Shown here piece after piece: positions 28,175 through 35,800 of a stretch of 45,279 nucleotides of DNA. The DNA comes from Candidatus Levyibacteriota bacterium. GTDB lineage: Bacteria > Patescibacteriota > Microgenomatia > Levybacterales > UBA12049. The notes under the pieces are model-generated. The model was not told where the DNA came from, did not search any database, and saw nothing but the letters and a program-made list of their open reading frames with translations. Location: the NCBI GenBank assembly GCA_016188975.1, contig JACPGQ010000027.1, forward strand, positions 1-45,279, written 5' to 3'. The translations under genes were made by a program, and so were the position numbers. Within the stretch, counting starts at the first letter, position 1, and each line of letters starts with the position of its first letter.

Positions 28175-29224
28175 TTAGGCTGCGAGCCAGGTTGGGATTT
28201 CTCCTCGACCAAACATTGGTATTACTTGACCTGTGATTCCGTCGGAGTACGGACCCATCAAATAGGCGAGCATAGCTCCCGGTTCACCTGCATCAAGTTC
28301 TCTGTCGGCTCCCATTTTTGTAACAATTCCTGCACGAACCTCTGGTGATAATCCGGCAACTAAGGGGGTATCAACAAGTCCTGGGGCAATTGCGTTTACT
28401 TCAATATTGTGAGGTGGTCTGCCTTTTTCAAGAGCTCTCTGATTCAGAATATTAAGCTCGTCTGCAAGAGCTCTTATCCCTGCGTGAAATGCGCCTTTCG
28501 CCATTGAGTATTCAATTTGAAAAGCGTTTCCAATTCCAGAAGCACTTCCAATCCCAGCTATTTTCCCTCCAGCTGGGTTCTGGCTTTGCATAATCTCTGC
28601 AGCAGTTATAGCGGCAAACATTGGCCCCTCGGCGTCCTTTAATAGAATCTCTCGTACCTTTTCTGGTTCAACTTTTTTGTATGACCAAGTGTTCTGCATA
28701 TCTCCAGATCCCACGATGAGGCCATCCAGTCTGCCCCGCTCTTTTGCAACCTGCCGTACGAGTCTTTGACCATCATACATTTCGACTTTTTTTCCCCTAT
28801 CGTTTGTCACCGAAATCCAAGCTGCAACATCTGAACCCATCCACTGCGCATTTGGGCCAAGCTTTTCAAGAAATTCTCTCATTCCTGAACTTTTCGGTTC
28901 GCCAGAATCGGTCATCCGAGAACTCACCACTACAAACGCACCCTGTAAAATCAGCTCCCTTGCTGCAGCACCAGCCATTCCTTTAGGGCCAGCTCCAAGT
29001 GCAAGAATCACTTTTCCTTGCATTACCTGATTTTCTCTTGCCTCACGGATTGTCTGGGCATTAAATCCTGTAATGTCTGGATTAAAAACTTGAAGGCTTA
29101 ATTCCAGTGGCTTCGCTACCTGTTGTTCCGCTCCGCCTGGTAGTACTCCTGTATCAGGATATAAAAGTTCTGTGCGTCCGATTCTGGCGAGGGGTCCTGC
29201 AAATGTTTCTATTCCTGCTGCCAT
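28175..29224 (-). CDS. SDR oxidoreductase, FabG-like 3-oxoacyl reductase
   Basis: GKVILALGAG, GRLDGLI, GNAFQIEYSMAK (YxxxK), VNAIAPGLVDT, ITGQVI. Confidence 0.8.
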   Translation of the reverse strand: MAAGIETFAGPLARIGRTELLYPDTGVLPGGAEQQVAKPLELSLQVFNPDITGFNAQTIREARENQVMQGKVILALGAGPKGMAGAAARELILQGAFVVVSSRMTDSGEPKSSGMREFLEKLGPNAQWMGSDVAAWISVTNDRGKKVEMYDGQRLVRQVAKERGRLDGLIVGSGDMQNTWSYKKVEPEKVREILLKDAEGPMFAAITAAEIMQSQNPAGGKIAGIGSASGIGNAFQIEYSMAKGAFHAGIRALADELNILNQRALEKGRPPHNIEVNAIAPGLVDTPLVAGLSPEVRAGIVTKMGADRELDAGEPGAMLAYLMGPYSDGITGQVIPMFGRGEIPTWLAA

Positions 29225-29230
29225 GGAATA

Positions 29231-29273
29231 AATTTAGACTTTATTGGCGGGGAAATCTGTAATGTCTCTTACA
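29231..29273 (-). promoter_or_regulatory. Candidate class II Crp/Fnr-activated leaderless promoter
   Basis: TGTAA-N6-TTACA at 29258-29273, centred 41.5 bp upstream of the ATG; TAAATT at -12..-7. Confidence 0.55.
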
Positions 29274-29441
29274 AAAGTTGAGGAAGTTTTGTGGTCATTT
29301 TTAGTACACGTGACATATTAGTTTTTTGCTTATAATATTTGTCTATCAGCAGAAGTATTTCTCAAAACATCACAAATTTGTCCTAGGGAAAAAATGTGAT
29401 GATTATGAAGTTTATGACTCAGACAGCGTCAGAATACTAAC

Positions 29442-30623
29442 CTAAGCAGATATTATTTTTCCAGATCCGGGTTTGGCGAGGACCATTCTATCCTCAAACA
29501 CTTTTTCTCCCCTTAGAAAAACTCTTTTGACTCTCCCCTTCACTTTCCAGCCGTTGAAAGGAGACCATTTGCACTTCGTGAGAAGTTTGTCGTTTGAAAT
29601 CTCCCATTCTTCATCAAGATCAACTTCTGCATACGTGTTTTCATGTATCGATACATGAAAACAACGGGCTGGGCCGGTGTGACAAAGTCTAACAACGTCG
29701 TCAATTAGAAGTTTATCCTCATGCACTGCGGTGAGCAGCAGTGGTAGTGTTGTCTCAAGTCCGGGAACGCCATAATGTGGTCCGCCAGCTGGCGGATCTG
29801 ATCGTTTTTCATCAACGGTATGGGGAGCATGATCAGATTCAATCACGTCAATTGCGTCCAGATGTTGCCACAAAAAGTCTATGTCTTCCCTACTCTGAAG
29901 CGGTGGTTTCATTTGACCAAGATGTCCAAGTCGTCCTTCGTCCTCAGACGTCAAAAATAAATGGTGCGGTGTTACCCCGCACGTTACTGGTAATCCCTGG
30001 CTTTTCGCCTCGATAACTCTTTTCAGTTCATACGAGGTGCTCAGGTGGCAGAGATGAATTGGGCGGGGATGTTCCTTGAGGACATTCAGGACAATGTCAA
30101 ATGTTTCATTTTCCGCGTGAAAGAGGATTGGGCTATTGTGTGTCCATTCCACAAAGATACGCATTAGCGTAGGTTTGTGATTTAGTGTGTAATTTCCCGT
30201 GGTGGGATTCAGATATAGTTTGAGTCCAAAAACTTTCAGATTATTGTTCGAGCTATGTCGAGAACCTCCATTGTTAAATTGTTTCATTGTTCCATTGCTT
30301 CTCGACTCGTCGCCTTGCGAAGCCCTATTGGTGGCGAACTCGCTCAAAGGATAAGTTAGCTTTTCAAACTCCTCTAGATTATCCCCCATCGAGCCGAAGT
30401 AAAATCCAACATCACAAACAATTTTTTCTCTTGCTACGTTGATTTTTTCTTCCAGTCTCTGAGCAGTCGTGATAGGAGTCTTATTGTTGGGCATATCAAG
30501 GACTGTCGTGAATCCCCCGGCAAGCGCAGCAGAAGTCCCAGTAAAAAAATCCTCTTTCTCCGTTTGTCCGGGATCACGGAGATGCACATGTGGATCGATA
30601 AGGCCAGGTAATGTAATCGTCAT
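29442..30623 (-). CDS. pyrC: Dihydroorotase, with in-frame insertions
   Basis: LPGLIDPHVHLRDPG, DMPNN, HAE, HLCHLS, TPHHL, SDHAPH, PGLET. Confidence 0.95.
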   Translation of the reverse strand: MTITLPGLIDPHVHLRDPGQTEKEDFFTGTSAALAGGFTTVLDMPNNKTPITTAQRLEEKINVAREKIVCDVGFYFGSMGDNLEEFEKLTYPLSEFATNRASQGDESRSNGTMKQFNNGGSRHSSNNNLKVFGLKLYLNPTTGNYTLNHKPTLMRIFVEWTHNSPILFHAENETFDIVLNVLKEHPRPIHLCHLSTSYELKRVIEAKSQGLPVTCGVTPHHLFLTSEDEGRLGHLGQMKPPLQSREDIDFLWQHLDAIDVIESDHAPHTVDEKRSDPPAGGPHYGVPGLETTLPLLLTAVHEDKLLIDDVVRLCHTGPARCFHVSIHENTYAEVDLDEEWEISNDKLLTKCKWSPFNGWKVKGRVKRVFLRGEKVFEDRMVLAKPGSGKIISA

Positions 30624-30631
30624 AGGTAGCG

Positions 30632-31069
30632 TTAGTCGGTTATGATGCTCGTATCGTCAGAAGGTTTCGTCAGAGGTCTTTTAAAGGTTGACCATGCAAT
30701 AGTAAGTTTATAGAGTTGCCGTGATGCCATATCGTATGTATCAACGAGTTTATTAATGAGCTCTTTTTCAATTGCGTAGATGTCGCGACATTGCTCGAGG
30801 CTCACAATAGTTTCGTTCGATTCTCCCATTGCATCGTCGAGATATTTTTGAAATCCTGCTTTCTGATGCCTTTTTCCGTAGCCTTCAGCGATTAGTCTTG
30901 GAATTGCTTTACAAGATCTGCTGAGTTGGTCTCTGAGGTCAAATTTTTCAGAGTCTGGAAGCTTGGGAGTAATCTCCTTCATCACAATGAGCATTGCCTG
31001 ATAGGTATTTTGATAAACACGAAGATCTCTAAAACTTTTGATTTGAGGATTATTGCTATTTGAGTTCAT
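30632..31069 (-). CDS. Four helix bundle protein (23S rRNA IVP/Avd-like family)
   Basis: SFRDLRVYQ, LPDSEKFDLRDQLSRS..IP.LIAEGY, A.GE.NE; flanked by short-period repeats. Confidence 0.9.
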   Translation of the reverse strand: MNSNSNNPQIKSFRDLRVYQNTYQAMLIVMKEITPKLPDSEKFDLRDQLSRSCKAIPRLIAEGYGKRHQKAGFQKYLDDAMGESNETIVSLEQCRDIYAIEKELINKLVDTYDMASRQLYKLTIAWSTFKRPLTKPSDDTSIITD

Positions 31070-31125
31070 ACGATAACTATAACACGTAACCGAAACGAGC
31101 TTCGTTACCACAACCTATTTCCTAA

Positions 31126-34100
31126 CTATAAATACTCATCCCACGATTTGATGAGGAGATCATCAAGCGGTTTTGTGGTGATTGCCTTTATAAAAAGTTC
31201 TGCTTTTTTGAGATCTGTATAGAGTGGGATGTTGTTGTCAATTGCATTCCTGCGGATTAGATAGCCATCTGTAACTGCTTTTTGCGATCCTGTCTCGGAG
31301 ATATTTATTGCGAGATCGACTTTTCCGTCATGGAAGTACTCCAGGACCGTTGGCGAATGCTTCTCAAAGATTTTATGCAGTCTCTTTGCTTTTATCTTGT
31401 GCGCTTTGAGAAATGCTGCAGTTTTTTCAGTAGCATAGAGTGGGAGCTGAAGCGAGGCAATCCTTTTTGCGCTTTCAAGAAATGCTGTCTTGTTCTCATC
31501 GCCTCCTATCGAAATGAATATCCCTTTTGCGGGAATCTTTCCGCCAACTGCTAGCTCTCCTTTGAGGAATGCCTCCTCAACATCCTCTCCAAAGCATGCC
31601 ACTTCCCCAGTTGATGACATTTCGACGTGAAGTATAGGATCTGCACCAGTGATACGGGAGAAGGAAAACTGCGCGACTTTTACCGCCACACCGTCTATGG
31701 GGTGCTGGATTACTTTTTTTGGTGGATTGTTGAAGAAAGCGTCTACAGCTAGGTCGATATAGTTCACGCCGGTTACTTTTGAAATAAACGGAAACGTCCG
31801 GGATGCTCGAACATTTATCTCGATGACTGAGACGTTGTTGTCTTTTGCGAGAAACTGTATATTAAACGGCCCTGTGATAGTGAGAGCCTGAGCAAGTTTT
31901 TTAGCAATATCCTCCATGAGACGCATGGTTTGGACGTAGACTTTTTGAGGAGGCAGCACGATCGTAGCATCCCCCGAGTGGACTCCGGCATTTTCGACGT
32001 GTTCTGAGATGACCGTTTGGAGAAGCTTACCTTTATGTGCGACACCGTCAAGCTCTATTTCTTTGGCGTCTTCGATAAATTTCGAGACAGTGATCGGATA
32101 CTCCGGGGAGACAAGTGTCGCTTTCTCTATATACGACACAAGTTCTTCATGAGTGTGGGAGATGCGCATATATGCTCCGGAGAGTACGTATGATGGACGA
32201 ATGAGCACTGGATAGCCTACCTTGTCGCAGAATCTTTGCAAAGCGGTAAAATCCGTAAATGTTGCCCATTCAGGTTGTGCGATTTGTAGCTTATCAAGAA
32301 GGGCTGAAAATTTGTTGCGGTTTTCAGCCTTATCGATGTTTTTCGGGTCTGTCCCAAGTATTTTGCATCCGTACGACTTCAGAGCATTTGCTCTGTTGTT
32401 TGGTGTTTGGCCTCCGACAGAAATAATAACACCATAAGGCTTTTCAAAATCATAAATATCGGCAATTCTCTCAAAGGTCAGTTCTTCAAAATACAGTCTG
32501 TCAGAAATATCATAATCTGTCGAAACAGTTTCAGGGTTGCAGTTAATCATGATGGATTGCTTCTTGTACCGTTTGAGCGCCGTTGCAGTGTTCACAGTCG
32601 TCCAGTCAAACTCAACAGACGAACCGATCCGGTAGGGGCCGCTCCCAAGCACCATAACGCCTTTTTTCTTCGTCGGTTTCACATCGTTGTGATGTCCGTT
32701 GTAGGTCATATAGAGATAGTTCGTTTTTGCTGGGAACTCGCCTGCTAGCGTGTCGATTTGGAAAACGCTTGGTAGTATTCCATGTTTTTTCCGAAGTAAC
32801 CTTATATCAAGTCCTGTTTTTCCGACAAGCATGCCAATACGTTTGTCTGAGAAGCCGAGCTGCTTGAGGTGAAGTAAGAGTTCTTTTGTAAGCCCTTTGT
32901 CATTGCGAGGAGACGAAGTCGACGAAGCAATCTTTTTCGTATGAGATTGCTTCACTCCGTTCGCAATGACACCTAATTGTTTATTGTGTAGCTGCTTAAT
33001 CTCTTTCTCTTTATTAACTATATTGTTGATTCGATACAAAAACCAAGGATCAATGCCTGTTGCTTTGTAGACAGCATCTATTGAAATTCCTTGGTAAAAC
33101 GCTTTACTCAGCAGGAACATACGGTGAGGAGTGGGTTTTTTTAGGAGCTGTACTGTTTCTTCTTTGGGTATGCTATCTCCGACAAGCATCTGTTCATTTA
33201 CCGTACCTTCAAACTCTAGGTCAAGCATGCGGACCGCTTTTTGGTATGCTTCTTCAAATGTACGGCCTATGCCCATCACCTCACCGACTGACTTCATGCT
33301 GCTTCCAATCGTTTCTTCTGCCTTTTGGAATTTATTGATATCCCAACGTGGGATTTTGACCGTCACATAATCGAGTGCAGGTTCAAAACAAAACTGTGTC
33401 GCTTTTGTGACTTTGTTTTGAAGCGACGTCAGGTTTTTTCCAAGTGCTAATTTTGCGGCGACATATGCAAGCGGATAGCCGGTGGCTTTGCTTGCGAGTG
33501 CTGAGCTGCGGGAGAGACGCGCGTTTAGCTCGATGACGTAGTATTCGAACGGAGGGTCAATGTCGTTTCGACCCGCCCTTGGCCCGCTTCGCCCATCTAT
33601 ACTCAGCGAGGCGGGCGAGGGAGAAATCCCCTTGGGATCTCTCAGTCGTTCCTCCTTCGAGATGACAGATGATGACGGCTTTGGACTCAACGCAAACTGC
33701 ACATTACATTCCCCAACAATCCCAAGACTTCGTACGATTTTTATCGCAATAGTCCGGAGCGTATGATATTCGTAGTTGGTGAGCGTCTGGCTCGGAGCGA
33801 TGACGATTGACTCTCCAGTATGGATTCCAAGCGGATCCATATTCTCCATATTGCAGACGGTGACACAGTTGTCGTCCTTGTCTCTTACGACTTCATACTC
33901 CACTTCTTTATAGTGATGGAGATATTTTTCAACGAGTATTTGCGGAACAAATGCAAACGCTTTCTCACAGATTCTCGTGAGCTCCTCAGTATTTTGTGCT
34001 ATGCCTGATCCTTGACCGCCAAGCGCAAAACCTGATCGAATCATAACAGGAAACCCCATCTCTTTTGCGATTTTTATTGCCTGTTTTGGTGATGTCGCTG

Positions 34101-34530
34101 CATGGTTGGGAGGTGTAGTAACACCTATTTTTGCCAAATGATCTGCAAATTTTTGTCTGTCCTCAGTGATAATAACGGCTGATACTGGTGATCCAAGGAC
34201 GGCGACGCCATATTTTTTAAGCACACCATCATTGTGCAGTGACATACCACAATTGAGCGCAGTTTGTCCGCCAAACGAGAGAAGAATGCCATCTGGCTTT
34301 TCTTTCTCAATAATACGTGTTACAAAATCTGGAGTGACGGGGAGAAAGTAAATTGTATCAGCGAGAAATGATGATGTCTGAATGGTTGCGATGTTTGGGT
34401 TAACAAGTATTGTCTGAATCCCCTCCTCCTTCAGTGCTTTGATAGCCTGGCTTCCTGAGTAATCAAACTCGCCAGCCTCCCCTATTTTGAGTGCTCCGCT
34501 ACCGAGTATTAGTACCTTCTTATATTGCAT
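31126..34530 (-). CDS. carB: Carbamoyl-phosphate synthase large subunit, with two palindromic insertions
   Basis: GEAGEFDYSG, MENMDPLGIHTGES, NARLSRSSALASKATGYP, NPETVSTDYD, ENAGVHSGD, MGS domain. Confidence 0.98.
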   Translation of the reverse strand: MQYKKVLILGSGALKIGEAGEFDYSGSQAIKALKEEGIQTILVNPNIATIQTSSFLADTIYFLPVTPDFVTRIIEKEKPDGILLSFGGQTALNCGMSLHNDGVLKKYGVAVLGSPVSAVIITEDRQKFADHLAKIGVTTPPNHAATSPKQAIKIAKEMGFPVMIRSGFALGGQGSGIAQNTEELTRICEKAFAFVPQILVEKYLHHYKEVEYEVVRDKDDNCVTVCNMENMDPLGIHTGESIVIAPSQTLTNYEYHTLRTIAIKIVRSLGIVGECNVQFALSPKPSSSVISKEERLRDPKGISPSPASLSIDGRSGPRAGRNDIDPPFEYYVIELNARLSRSSALASKATGYPLAYVAAKLALGKNLTSLQNKVTKATQFCFEPALDYVTVKIPRWDINKFQKAEETIGSSMKSVGEVMGIGRTFEEAYQKAVRMLDLEFEGTVNEQMLVGDSIPKEETVQLLKKPTPHRMFLLSKAFYQGISIDAVYKATGIDPWFLYRINNIVNKEKEIKQLHNKQLGVIANGVKQSHTKKIASSTSSPRNDKGLTKELLLHLKQLGFSDKRIGMLVGKTGLDIRLLRKKHGILPSVFQIDTLAGEFPAKTNYLYMTYNGHHNDVKPTKKKGVMVLGSGPYRIGSSVEFDWTTVNTATALKRYKKQSIMINCNPETVSTDYDISDRLYFEELTFERIADIYDFEKPYGVIISVGGQTPNNRANALKSYGCKILGTDPKNIDKAENRNKFSALLDKLQIAQPEWATFTDFTALQRFCDKVGYPVLIRPSYVLSGAYMRISHTHEELVSYIEKATLVSPEYPITVSKFIEDAKEIELDGVAHKGKLLQTVISEHVENAGVHSGDATIVLPPQKVYVQTMRLMEDIAKKLAQALTITGPFNIQFLAKDNNVSVIEINVRASRTFPFISKVTGVNYIDLAVDAFFNNPPKKVIQHPIDGVAVKVAQFSFSRITGADPILHVEMSSTGEVACFGEDVEEAFLKGELAVGGKIPAKGIFISIGGDENKTAFLESAKRIASLQLPLYATEKTAAFLKAHKIKAKRLHKIFEKHSPTVLEYFHDGKVDLAINISETGSQKAVTDGYLIRRNAIDNNIPLYTDLKKAELFIKAITTKPLDDLLIKSWDEYL
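32898..32971. repeat. RPE/REP-like palindromic element in frame in carB
   Basis: TGTCATTGCGA...GAAGCAATCT...AGATTGCTTC...TCGCAATGACA. Confidence 0.9.
33561..33667. repeat. RPE/REP-like palindromic element in frame in carB
   Basis: TGTCGTTTCGA...GAGAAATCCC..GGGATCTCTC...TCGAGATGACA with nested CCCGCTTCGC..GCGAGGCGGG. Confidence 0.88.
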
Positions 34531-34569
34531 AGGTTACCTAGGTCACCTAAGTTACTTAGGTCACTTAAG
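34530..34569. repeat. Tandem nonamer repeat at the carA/carB junction
   Basis: TAGGTTACC TAGGTCACC TAAGTTACT TAGGTCACT TAAG. Confidence 0.85.
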
Positions 34570-35718
34570 CTTCTCCAAAAAGTAATCAAATACCCACTCA
34601 GTATCCTGTGGACCTGGTGTAGCTTCTGGATGGAATTGGACTGACATAAAAGGGAGTTTGGTGTGAATAATTCCTTCATTTGATAAGTCATTGGCATTTG
34701 TGAACCATGTCTTAAATCCTTTCGGCAGCTCACTCACAGCAAATCCATGATTTTGTGTTGTAATATAGCACCGGTTCGTTCCCTCCATAATACATGGACC
34801 GTTTTGCCCTCTATGTCCGTACTTAAGTTTTTTGGTGTTCCCTCCTCCTGCGAGACAGAGAAGCTGATGACCAAGACAGATCCCGAGGAGTGGCATTTTT
34901 GTTTCCATTATTTTTTTTGTCGTAGTGATTGTTTTGCCAGCGAATTTCGGATCTCCCGGACCGTTGGAAACGACGAAACCGTCAATAAGATCTAGAATGT
35001 CATTTCGACGAACTTGCTTCGCAAGTGAGGAGAAATCTCCATTGGATTTCTCGTCCCGATATAGATCGGGACTCGAAATGACAGCTTGCAATTTGTCCAC
35101 ATTGTCTTTTTTGAATGGATCAAAGTCCCACGGTACGACGATCGCATTCGCACCACGTTTTTGAAGACAGGTGATCATATTTTTTTTGCCGCCGCAATCG
35201 ATGTAGAGGATATTTTTTGTTTTCCCGCTACCGAACGCTTTTTGAACAGAAATCTTTTTGACACTCACTTGAGCGACCAAATTCTCCAGATTCGGGTCAT
35301 AAAAATCGACGTCTTTTTCGATAACGACTTTTCCAAGCTGTGATCCCTGGTCACGAAGCTTCTCTGTCAGAAGCCGTGTATCCTTGATCTGAATCGCCGG
35401 GATTTCTTCATCTTGTAACCACTGAGAAAGCGAACGCTCAGACATGAAATGAGAAGGCGTGTCATTGTAGTTACTGACGACTAGCCCCGATACTTTGATA
35501 CTTGGGGATTCCCAATACTTTTTATCCGGTACACCGTAGTTGCCAATGAGCGGATACGTCAGAACGAGAATTTGGCCTTGGTATGAAGGATCGGTTATGC
35601 CCTCGGGGTATCCGACCATCCCTGTTGAAAAAACGACCTCTCCTGCCCTACTTTTTTGTGAGCCAAATGATATTCCCTCAAACGTAGTACCGTCTTTGAA
35701 GACGAGATGACCCACCAT
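34561..35718 (-). CDS. carA: Carbamoyl-phosphate synthase small subunit, with palindromic insertion
   Basis: GEVVFSTGMVGY, TYPLIGNYG, SNGPGDP, GICLGHQ, QNHGFA, QFHPEA. Confidence 0.97.
   Translation of the reverse strand: MVGHLVFKDGTTFEGISFGSQKSRAGEVVFSTGMVGYPEGITDPSYQGQILVLTYPLIGNYGVPDKKYWESPSIKVSGLVVSNYNDTPSHFMSERSLSQWLQDEEIPAIQIKDTRLLTEKLRDQGSQLGKVVIEKDVDFYDPNLENLVAQVSVKKISVQKAFGSGKTKNILYIDCGGKKNMITCLQKRGANAIVVPWDFDPFKKDNVDKLQAVISSPDLYRDEKSNGDFSSLAKQVRRNDILDLIDGFVVSNGPGDPKFAGKTITTTKKIMETKMPLLGICLGHQLLCLAGGGNTKKLKYGHRGQNGPCIMEGTNRCYITTQNHGFAVSELPKGFKTWFTNANDLSNEGIIHTKLPFMSVQFHPEATPGPQDTEWVFDYFLEKLK
34998..35083. repeat. RPE/REP-like palindromic element in frame in carA
   Basis: TGTCATTTCGA...GAGAAATC..GATTTCTC...TCGAAATGACA with two side hairpins. 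Confidence 0.9.
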
Positions 35719-35722
35719 GACT

Positions 35723-35797
35723 GTTCGTGATTTACACGGATTTATAGCGGATTCACACGGATCTGTGGCAATCGGCTATTCATCAGCGAAAATCACA
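35723..35797. repeat. Degenerate ~10-mer repeat array between pyrB and carA
   Basis: TTACACGGAT TTATAGCGGAT TCACACGGAT then ATCTGTGGC AATCGGC ATCAGCG AAAATC. Confidence 0.65.
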
Positions 35798-35800
35798 TCT

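Noticed and set aside
30632-31069. Diversity-generating retroelement based on the Avd-like gene
   Set aside because: No reverse transcriptase and no TR/VR pair with adenine-specific mismatches in the window; the two 110 bp copies are both intergenic and differ at non-A positions too
31126-35718. Inteins or self-splicing introns explaining the insertions
   Set aside because: Inserts are only 5-40 aa, lack Cys/Ser...His-Asn intein ends, and are far too short for group I/II introns
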